Part shown: positions 52,140 to 64,000 of the stretch, piece after piece | How positions within the stretch are numbered: the stretch's first letter is position 1 | Layout of the letters: each line of letters begins with the position of its first letter | DNA from: Octopus sinensis | Taxonomy: Eukaryota | Direction of reading: 5' to 3' | NCBI RefSeq assembly: GCF_006345805.1 | Contig: NC_043000.1 | Coordinates: 26,412,001 to 26,476,000, forward strand | Length of the DNA: 64,000 nt | The notes under the pieces: generated by a model | The model's database searches: none | What the model was told of the DNA's origin: nothing | What the model saw: only the letters and a program-made list of their open reading frames with translations | Translations under genes and position numbers: made by a program

Positions 52140-52330
52140 TAGCCACTAAACCCTTTTTTATATTTTCTCCTGTTTATTTCTCTGTTCCTTTCTGTTGAAG
52201 AGCGTAGGCTCGAAACATAAAAAAACTTTCTCACTTCCCGAGCGTTGAACTAATACATCAGTTTGTTGTTTACACAACCGTCTTCGTCTTTTGTTTTACT
52301 TGTGTTTTTTTTTGTAAATTCCAACTATAG
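52140..52330 (+). mobile_element. Penelope-like element terminus with hammerhead-like motif
   Basis: cttt-CTGTTGA-A-GAGC-GTAG-GCTC-GAAAC-ATA-aaaa, with a perfect 4-bp stem II. Confidence 0.6.
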
Positions 52331-52437
52331 ATATATAGATAGGGAAAAAGAGAATTAGAGATAGTTGGTGAGAGTGAGAGAGCGAAATAGTGAGAGGAAA
52401 GAGAGGGAGAGAAAGAGATAGAGAGATAGACTGAGCC

Positions 52438-52479
<42 letters not shown>

Positions 52480-53649
52480 TTCGGTACATTTTTTTTACAA
52501 TATTTTCGCAGCCAATGGACGACGACCAGATGTTTGAATAAAACAAAAATTTTAGTAGCAACAGCGAAACTTTGAAAAGACGTCTATGTAAAACATCTAC
52601 TATTGAATACTAGCTTTATATACGGTATTACTGCAAATTTCTCCACATGGTACACAAAGAGGGTAGGAAAGGAACAGAGAATGTCTTTATTTTTAGTATT
52701 TTGTATCGATCTGAATACGAGATAAATAATTCAGTTTATTGACTTCAGAGTCAGGAAAAGGGAAGTCTCCCTCGACCAGATTCGAACTCACGAATGTAAA
52801 CATTCATAAATGAATACCGAAAAGCATTTTGTTGGCCGATGACTTACAAATTCTGTCAAGAACCCACCAGGAATAGGGGAGAAGATGCGAATAAAATGAC
52901 GGCCCCTTCAAGTCTGACGCCCACCCCTTCCCCCGACAAAGACTCAGATATCACTGATATAAAACTGAACAAAGCGTAAAATATTTTCAAATGAAAACAA
53001 GAGCCAATGAACAACAACAACAACAACAACAACAACAACCGAAAACTAAAAAAAAAACAATAGAAGCTATCATGTCAAAAAAATCTATAAAGCGGGCGAT
53101 AAAAATGACAACGAAAGCGTAGATGAAAATCTGAAACCCAAGCAAATGGGAATAGCCAACTTAGAAACTTAAGTGGGTTTATCAAATTTGTACCATCAGA
53201 TGTTAGGATAATAAAACTAGAGGACAATATTGAAGGAGGGGAGCAAAGTGGATTATCTTTATGTAAAAATATATAGCAAATCCATAATTTTTGTATTGTA
53301 TTTTTGTTTTCAGAGCTTTAGTACTACACTGCAAATATTCCATGTCAATTATATTAGCCAGTCAAGTTTTGCAATAATATTGGTCCATCATAAACCTCTT
53401 ATATAGCCCCGTACTTATCGTTAATGGCTGTTTTCTACTCCAAAGACGGTTTAGAGGGAATCAATGTTTATAGAGTCAAATATACCATCTGTTCTATGCT
53501 ACATATCTGACGTATTCGTTGGCAAGAACTGCATGTATGTATGTATATATGTATTTATGTATGTATGTGCATATATATATATATGTATGTATATGCACGC
53601 ACATGTAATATATATATATATATATAACAAACAGAAAGACTCTCCCAAT

Positions 53650-53709
<60 letters not shown>

Positions 53710-54340
53710 TACATACTACATACATACATAAATACATACATACAACATACATACATGCATCAGCATACATACATGCACATATATTCATATACGGGTCAGT
53801 GGTTAGAATCTGGAACCACGTTCTGATACACATCACACACACACACACACACACACAACACATATTTGTTGGAACAAAGAATAATAAGAATGTACGTGTG
53901 TGTGTGTGTGCATGTATATATGTATATATGCAAATATGCATGTATGTGGCTAGAATCTAGAACCACGTGCTGAAACACGCGAGCACACACAAAAGCTCGT
54001 TCGCACCTATGTAAATGTAAAGTGACTTTATACAAATATAACAGGATACGTGACTACGATTACTCATTTAATAAACTGACAGCGATGTCTTCAAAAAACC
54101 GCCGGCAACAGTTATTTGGCCCCAAAAGACAAGTTCTCATTGAGCAATCTTTTCAGCGTGGAACGATATTCCGAAAGGAAAACAAAGTCTTTAACCAAAC
54201 TTATTCGAGGGACCTTTCTCTGTCACGAGCAAATTTTCTCTAGAAACGTTCAAATCTTGAGCGAAAATCATTCGATATTTCATCTCGGATTTTAACATGG
54301 AGAGCTTAGCGATGACTTTAACAACAATAGCAACGACAAG

Positions 54341-54725
54341 TGGAGGCGCAATGGCCCAGTGGTTAGGGCAGCGGACTCGCGGTTTCGATTCCCAGATCGC
54401 GCGTTGTGTGTGTTTATTGAGCGAAAACACCTAAAGCTCCACGAGGCTCCGGCAGGGTGTGGTGGTGACCCCTGTTGTACTCTTTCGCTCCAACTTTCTC
54501 TCACTCTTTCTTCCTGTTTCTTGTCCCCGACTTCCTACGCAACCGCTGAGCCTGGATGCGCATTCATCCATCCGTCGGTGTCGAGGATGACCTGCTTTCT
54601 CTTCTGCGGGTCTTACGAATAGCAAAGGACCACGTTTCGGACTTCTCCCACTACAGACAATCCTGAAGCGCGATCTTGCGAGTTCTGGGACGAAGATCGC
54701 TTCGCTCAACAAACACAAGCAACAA
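54341..54725 (+). mobile_element. tRNA-derived SINE, head type C with a different tail
   Basis: ggaggcgcaatggcccagtggttagggcagcgg...gagcgaaaacacctaaagctccacgaggctccggcag; ends in (CAAA)n. Confidence 0.85.
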
Positions 54726-54981
54726 ACAAACAAGCAACAACAACACAAACAACAAACGAGTACAATAAAAGAATAACAAACGATGGTGATTAGATAATTA
54801 TTACTCTTAGGAAGTAATTTATTGTTTGTTTATACGAGCTAATTGGAATTCAATAATTTTCTTTAATAATCACTCTTTCATCGTCTCTCTCTCTCCTCAC
54901 ACGCACACATAAATGTAAATATGTGATCGAAAGAAGGCATATTAAAGTTTGTGTGTATTTTCTAGCCAAGGCATGCTGAAG

Positions 54982-55060
<79 letters not shown>

Positions 55061-55103
55061 GTTTACATCATAAGAATTTAGGAACCCCAAGAGACATGAA
55101 CTT

Positions 55104-55461
55104 ACTCGATTGTAACAGTGGAGCTTGAAGTAGATAAAGACATGTATGTATATAAGTTATGATCGCATCGATCTTTTGTATTCAACCAAAGGTTGAATTT
55201 AGATAAAGCCCATTTATGAAGCCATCTTCCTGTAAAGTAACAGGTGAGTGGCGGTAGCATCACGCCGCTGACCGGATGCACTATTGGCCATGTTTTCATC
55301 GACCAGATAGTTTCAGAAAGTTCCACATAATCGATATAGCTTTCATAAACCTCATAGAGCGTACATTTGCTTGAGCCCACCCACGTGACAGAATGCGACC
55401 GGTTTTTGCCATTTTCCATGCATAATGACATCCCAGGTGTCAAAAATCTCGATAGGTACAT
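55104..55461 (-). CDS. Candidate coding exon, ~119 aa (MYLSRFLTPGMSLCMENGKNRSHSVTW...SLSTSSSTVTI), unknown product
   Basis: Longest non-repetitive ORF in the window; ends exactly at a consensus donor GA|GTAAGT (phase 2). No homology recognised, and a + strand donor also lies inside it. Confidence 0.4.
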
Positions 55462-55670
55462 TGCTTTACTTCACGGTCGCTATGGTGTAATGAAGTCTTA
55501 GAATATATATTCCATTCAATAGAGATAAAAACGCTTTATTGTATTCTTCTCGTTGTGAATTCCATTCTAATGATATACAGAATATATACTGAGGTGTATA
55601 TGTGTATGTTTGTGTATATATATATATATATATACATGACCATATATATATACATATATATATATACATA

Positions 55671-56080
55671 GGCATAGGAATGGCTGTGGGGTAAGTAGGT
55701 TGCTTACGAACCACATGGTTCCGGGTTCAGTCCCACTGCCTGGCACCTTGGGCAAGTGTCTTCTACTGTAGCCTCGCGCCAACCAAAGCCTTGTGAGTGG
55801 ATTTGGTAGACGGAAACTGAAAGAAGCTCGTCGTATATATGTTTAAACATATATATGTGTATGTGTATATGTTTGTGTGTCTGTGTTTGTCCCCTCAACA
55901 TCGTTTGACAACCGATGCTGGTGTCTTTACGTCCCCGTAACTTAGCGGTTCGGCAAAAGAGACCGATAGAATAAGTATTAGGCTTACAAAGAATAAGTCC
56001 TGGGGTCGATTTGCTTGACTCAAGGCGGTGCTCCAGCATGGCCACAGTCAAATAACTGAAACAAGTAAAAGAGTAAAAAA
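55671..56080 (+). mobile_element. SINE family A, full length
   Basis: Canonical head, internal microsatellite and tail. Confidence 0.92.
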
Positions 56081-56160
56081 GATGACCTGGAAAGTGTAGC
56101 TCCCAAATTTGCGAACGAAAAGTACCCCTATTTCTAAACTGGACGCCGCTACGTAGTTCC

Positions 56161-56191
56161 AAAGATCCTGCTCTTTTCGTTCAGAGTAAGG
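56161..56191 (+). other. Second splice module resembling a 1-nt exon (A56185), or the acceptor of a longer exon
   Basis: cctgctcttttcgttcAG|A|GTAAGG. Confidence 0.25.
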
Positions 56192-57184
56192 AGCCAATAC
56201 TGTAACAGTTTAGGATTCAAGCGATCGCAACTATTCAATTCCCAGCCAAAATGCCTCAGAGATCTACGAGTGGTAGATGTAAAAATATTTAAACAAACCC
56301 CCAAAAAATTTTCATCTGCTATACCAGATGAACCCGCATCACTGCAAGACACAAAGAAAAGTGACTGTCCCCAACTCACTATTTCACCACGACGGATTCC
56401 GGGGACAGGATCGAGAAATGAGTGTGAGCTAAGCAAGCATGGATGCTAAGTGCAGCATCCCAGCGTGGCCTCAGCCTCTGGCTGAAAGCATTAATGAATT
56501 AATAGGGGATCGACCTAAGATATTAGAAATCTTGCGAATCCGTACCTACTACGCATGTGAGGCCCTTTTAAAATTACTTTATCTCACATGGCCCAGTACC
56601 AGTTCAACAACAACTTCATTCAAACCGAATCTCATTTAGTTTTTCATAAGCAATGAATGTCAATAAGGCCGTGGGGCAGGTGGCCTCATTCAAAGCCGGC
56701 GCTCATTTATGCAAAGAGAAAATTAGTCTTGTGTGGGGATCCCAGTATATTTCAGATTATATCCACGAATTCGCACCGATTAACAACAACAAGGGTAGCA
56801 CAAGCAATGGGACTGTTGTTGTTGTTGGTGGTGTGTGTGTGTTTATATATATATACAAAAATGGGACGAGAACGCAAAACTTCCAGACAGTTAGGTGATA
56901 CAAAAAAGGGACTGTCTGGATGTTTTCTGTCCTCAGTGAAGTTCCAGATTATCTTTGCAATTTCGGCTGGCTATACTCGAGATTGCTCCAATGACCCGTC
57001 GTTGTTTTCTTTGTATCGTCCGTTTGGATGTTTTGCGTTTTTGTACCATATTTTTGTATTTTTTATACATAAAAAAATATAGCGGCGTACGTGTACGTAC
57101 ACTTTGGTCTCTCTCTCTCTCTGTATATATATATATATATATATATATGATATATATATATATATATATATATATTCGAGCGCA

Positions 57185-57378
57185 GAGGTGGTTGTGTAGT
57201 AAGAAGCTGTCTTCCCAACCGCATGCTTCCAGGTTCTGCCCCCGTGCATGACACCGGATCCACTCACAAGACTTTGGTTAGCCCGAGGCTCTAGTAGAAA
57301 ACACTTGACCAAGGTGCCATGCAGTGGGACTGAACCCAGAACCATGTGTTTGGTAAGCAAGCTACTTACCACACAGCC
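57185..57378. mobile_element. Fused inverted pair of family A SINE heads
   Basis: Forward head 57185-57255 is joined directly to a reverse 5' half 57256-57378. Confidence 0.8.
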
Positions 57379-57885
57379 TATATTATCTTCTCTGTCCCAC
57401 TGTCCCGCATCAGACGCTGTCTATGAATTCATGGATATATTTTTATCAATGTTTCATACATCTAACGTAGAAAATCGATTTTTATACACGCTGGCTCACA
57501 ATCATACATCCCATAGTAAGTAAAAGATGCCGTGTGTATACATATGCATAAAAATACCTTTATGTTTATACATATATATGTGTGTGTGTGTGTAAATATA
57601 TATAAAATATATATGTGTGTATATTTACACAGCCGCCTATTATATGTGTGTGTGTGTGCAGTGGCAGTGAATATTCCGAAGGAATCAAAGAAACTACACT
57701 TCTGTTGGTTCTTTAGAATGCTTATGCTTGCTCTCGGAATTACTCGGAATTACCATTATTCGCTGGCAAATGTGGGTGGGTGGTGGATTTGAACTTGCAT
57801 ACCCCAAAACATCCCGATCGGTAGATATTTTTCATCGACGCCTAAAGGATGAAAATAAGTCGATCTTTGTATCTCTGCCTCTGTC

Positions 57886-57922
<37 letters not shown>

Positions 57923-57933
57923 GTCTCTCTCTG

Positions 57934-58004
<71 letters not shown>

Positions 58005-58006
<2 letters not shown>

Positions 58007-58345
58007 CTTTCACTTGTTCTAGTCTTTGGACTGCGGTCATACTGGAGCACCGCCTTGAAGCGTTTGGTCGAACAAATTGACCGCAGTACACACTTAAAGC
58101 TAGGTATTTATTCCATGATGACTTGTTGCCGAACAGTTATGTTATAAGAACGTAAACAAACCCACACTGGTTGACAAGTAGTGGGCATGGGAAGACAAAT
58201 ACAAACTCACGCACACATACAAACAATGTATAAATATATATCACGACGGGCTTCTTTCGTTTCAACTCTACAAATTCACAAGGATTTGGTTGGCCCGGGG
58301 CTATAGCCGAAGACACTTGCCCAAGGTGCCACGAAGTGGGATAGA
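58005..58345 (-). mobile_element. SINE family A, diverged
   Basis: Reverse tail-to-body motifs; interrupted at the head by a family B copy. Confidence 0.8.
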
Positions 58346-58355
58346 ACGTAAGACA

Positions 58356-58680
58356 ACTGATACTTAATTTATCGACCCCAAAAGGATGAAAGGCAAAGTC
58401 GACCTCGGCGGAATTTGAACTCAGAACGTAGCGGCAGACGAAATACCTATTTCTTTACTACCCACAAGGGGCTAAACACAGAGAGGACAAGCAAGGACAG
58501 ACAAACGGATTAAGTCGATTATATCGACCCCAGTGCGTAACTGGTACTTATTTAATCGACCCCAAAAATATGAAAGGCAAAGTCGACCTCGGCGGAATTT
58601 GAACTCAGAACGTAACGGCAGACGAAATGCCGCTAAGCATTTCACCCGGCGTGCTAACGTTTCTGCCAGCTCGCCGCCTT
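58356..58680 (-). mobile_element. SINE family B, dimer (outer unit truncated)
   Basis: Two gaaaggcaaagtcgacctcggcggaatttgaactcagaacgta units and head tctgccagctcgccgcctt. Confidence 0.9.
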
Positions 58681-59061
58681 GAACTCGCTAATCTATCCAT
58701 CCGATTATTTATCTCTCATATATTTATATGGATATAGCAAATACGCGCGCTCTCATGCACACTCATGTATCTAATAAAAACAAGCAAACGGTAGAAATTA
58801 CGTTAACGACGTTTACACGATTTGAACGCTGTGTCTGTAGTAAACTGTAGTAAACTGTGCTAAACACTACACCGAAGTGATATCACAGCCCTTTTACATT
58901 CAAATCAACACGCGTGCACACACACACACGGACACACACACACACACACTCACTCACACACACACACACACCGGCACACACACAGAGAAATAGATAGATA
59001 GATAGATACAAAGAGTAGATATATTCAGGTGATAACACAAGTCTACAAGCATAATATATAT

Positions 59062-59122
<61 letters not shown>

Positions 59123-59123
59123 G

Positions 59124-59168
<45 letters not shown>

Positions 59169-59184
59169 TATATGTATATATATA

Positions 59185-60832
<1,648 letters not shown>

Positions 60833-61012
60833 TTATATATATATATATATTACACATACATACACACATACATACATACATCATATATATTAATAACATA
60901 CATATATACATACATATACATAGATAGATATATATATACCACACACACACAACCACATATATATATATGTTATATATGTATATATATATATACATATCAT
61001 ATTGTATAATAT

Positions 61013-62203
61013 CACAGTCATATTAAAAATATAAGCTTTGTCTTTTGGAAAGAGAAACACCGTTTCTAACGGGAATCGAACCGACTTATCAAGCGTTCTC
61101 CGTTCCACCATCTGCAGAGCGACCTTCACGACAGTGCAAAATTAATTGTAACATAAGTTATAAATGTTAAGCATGAATGTACATGTAAGAAAGAAAAGGG
61201 TGGTTGTGGCCGAGTTAAGCACAAGACTGTAATATTACTGTTTGATATTCACAGGTTGTCGAAAGCACAATTAATATAGAGAGACATTATGCTGTATCGT
61301 ATATAACAAAGTCATTAATCAAACGTGAACCATACGTAAACGAAAACTCGTGTTTCCTGGAATTACAAAAGCAGTATCCTGCATAAGTAAAAAAATTTTT
61401 AAAAAAGCAAAAAATTTATACATACATAAATACATGCATACATACATACATGCATGCATACATACATACATACATGCATACATACATACATACATGGATG
61501 CATACATATACATACTTATACATATATCGCTAAGTTTACGGGGACGTAAACACACTAGCATCGATTGTCAAGCGATGTTGGAGGGGACAAACACAGGCAA
61601 ACAAGCACACACAGACACACGAACACACACACATACACACACCACACACACACAACACACTATATACAACGGGCTTCTTTCAGTTTCCGTCTACCAAATC
61701 CACTCAGAAGCTTTTCCACACTGCCACACCTGCTCCTACAAACCACTCCTGTATATATATATATATATATAATATATATATATGTGTGTGTGTGTTGTGT
61801 GTGTGTTTGGTGTTTGTGTGTGTGTTGTGTGTGTGAGTGTGTGTGTGTGTATGTATGTATATGTATATATCTTTTATAATTTCATAATTTGTATACACTT
61901 ATATAAAAAATGCAAAACAACACCACGGCGAAGCTTAAATATAACCCGTGATAGGCGAAGCGCTATGGGTGAAGCGCGATAGAATGAACCGCGATATGGC
62001 GAGGTATTACTGTATATCGGAATGGTCAAAATATCGCGTCACAATCATGTGGCTCGAGTTCAGATTCCGTCGACGTCGACTTTGCTTTTCATCCTCCCGG
62101 GGTCATTAAACTGGGTACCAGTGGAACACTGGGGGTCGATATAATCGACTAGAACCCTCCCCACAAATTTCAGGTCTTGTGCCTTTAAAAGAGTTATTAT
62201 TAC

Positions 62204-62285
<82 letters not shown>

Positions 62286-62641
62286 GTCATGCACATTGGG
62301 GCAGAGTTACCCGACAGCTGTGAGCGGAAGAGGATAGACGGAAACTAGTGCAATCTCACTGGGTAGGGGTGGGGTTGCTTTTGTACCCTATTCAGCGCCG
62401 CGATCTTATTCCGCTGTGTTACCTCGGTGCCACTTGCTAAATTAAGAGAATGTTTTATACATCTTTCGAGGAGTATATCAACATCATGACTGGAGCTGTG
62501 TGATAAGTTAGTTTCCCTACCACATGGTTCTGGGTTCAGTCCCACCGCATGGCACCTTGAGTAAGTGTCTTCTACTATAGCCTCGGGCAGGCTGGCTTTG
62601 TGACCGTTTTTGGGGGACGGAAACTGAAAGAAGCCCGTCGC

Positions 62642-62644
<3 letters not shown>
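61013..62644 (+). repeat. Tandem segmental duplication, copy 2
   Basis: Differs from copy 1 mainly by 1-bp indels and a few substitutions. Confidence 0.95.
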
Positions 62645-62693
<49 letters not shown>

Positions 62694-62950
62694 TTGTATG
62701 TGTGTGTGCGCGTGTGTATGCCTTTCTGTTTGTGTTTGTACCTTCACAACCGCTTGACTACCGGTGTTAGTGTGTTTTCGTCCCTGTAACTTAGGGTTCG
62801 GTAAAAGAGACCGATCGAATAAATACTGCGCTTTAAAAGTATAAAAAGGAAAAGAAAAGTACTAGGGTCAATTGGTTTGACTAAAATATAATGCTTCGAG
62901 GGGGTGCTCCAGCATGACCGCAGTCTAATAACTAAAGCAAATAAAAAGAG
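62488..62950 (+). mobile_element. SINE family A, full length (5' half lies inside duplication copy 2)
   Basis: Head, microsatellite and tail intact here; in copy 1 (60680-60832) only the 5' half is present. Confidence 0.85.
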
Positions 62951-63228
62951 GACAACAAAGAAGCTATATATGTGTGTGTGTGTGTGTGTGTGTATACGAA
63001 TGTATGTATAATGCCGGTAGAGTCGCCTGGTTAAAAAAACTCGTTTCTTAATCACGCGGTGCCCGACCTGATCGTGTTGCACAACAATTTTCGACAAGTG
63101 CCTCCAACAGTAAGTATGAAGGTTCTGTTTGGAATTTAGTAAACGGCAACTAAATGGAATCCTTCATGAATGCACACGCACACACGCACACACACACACA
63201 AACACACCACACACACACATACTATGTG

Positions 63229-63271
<43 letters not shown>

Positions 63272-63489
63272 GTGTTTCTTTATTAGCCACACAGGGCTGC
63301 ACACAGACGGGACAGATTACAAAGTAGAGCTTTTCTTTATGGAGAGAATAAGAAAAGGGAGTAGGTTTTCGATCAAAAGGGATCGTAAAAGGGAAAGAAA
63401 ATAAAAAGTAAAAAAAAAACGATCAATAGGGATCGTGTATCATATATATATATATGTACATATACATAACTCCCTCCACGTTCATTGCC

Positions 63490-63775
63490 TCAGGCTGACC
63501 TTGTGGTTGGATTTGGTAGACAGAAACTGAAAGAAGCCCTTTGTGTGTGTGTGGTGTGTTTCTCCGTGTGTGTGTTTTCTCCGACCACCATTTGACAACT
63601 GGTGTTGGTGTGTTTACGTCCCTATAACTTAGTGGTTCGGGGGTAAAAAAACAGATAGAATATGTACCAGGCTTTAAAAAAAATCCTGGGGTCAATTCTT
63701 TCGACTAAAAATTCTTCGAGACGATGCCCCAGCATGGCCACAATCTAATAACTGAAACAAGTAAAGGATAAAAGC
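63490..63775 (+). mobile_element. SINE family A, 5'-truncated
   Basis: ggatttggtagacagaaactgaaagaagccc...gccccagcatggccaca...ctgaaacaagtaaagg. Confidence 0.85.
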
Positions 63776-64000
63776 TAATATATATATATATGCATGTATG
63801 TATAACAATTACTTATACACCATGTATATCTTCTATAGTTATATTGTATAGTTATGTAGCTGATAATTAGTAGCGTGGCAGGTAGAGCCCAGCGGTTTGG
63901 CCGGGCTGACACTTTTGGTTCTGCTGTATAAGCTTTTTTAAAATTGAGGGCTCGAAAGGGGTTGCAGAATTGAGGGTTGCCTCGAGTAGCACACACTCTA

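Noticed and set aside
52836-52850. Minus-strand GTAAGT donor after a hydrophobic ORF
   Set aside because: Lies in a degraded family B SINE head; the ORF starts in (TTG)n and stops before the donor.
56149-56436. 95-aa minus ORF with an open antisense frame
   Set aside because: Starts at TTG with no ATG and has no recognisable homology; strand cannot be decided.

Overview
Eukaryotic, AT-rich, extremely repeat-dense non-coding DNA. The SINE families and the saturation with (TA)n/(CATA)n/(GA)n/(TAA)n microsatellites are what I recognise from octopod cephalopod genomes (Octopus sp.; this is an inference). It reads as intronic or 5'-regulatory territory of a large gene. No complete protein-coding gene, rRNA, true tRNA or CRISPR array is supported, and nearly all listed ORFs are microsatellite or SINE artefacts. 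Mobile DNA: many copies of at least four tRNA-headed SINE families, three non-autonomous Helitrons, a Tc1/mariner-type MITE, an R4/Dong-like RLE LINE 3' end, a TAA-flanked 550-bp element (2 copies), and two Penelope-type termini with hammerhead-like motifs. A ~1.83-kb tandem duplication lies near the right end. Best unexplained signals: (1) a pri-miRNA-like hairpin at 15432-15515 with a 35-position bulge-free stem and correctly spaced Microprocessor motifs on the + strand; (2) two + strand polypyrimidine-YAG-N-GTAAG modules that look like single-nucleotide exons (46114, 56185); (3) several minus-strand first-exon and microexon candidates in unique islands, possibly an array of alternative N-termini; (4) two Helitron copies sharing a captured 3' flank; (5) a stack of TAA-targeting retroelements. 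All exon calls are unverified predictions, and the + and - strand exon hypotheses partly conflict. Repeat boundaries are approximate.
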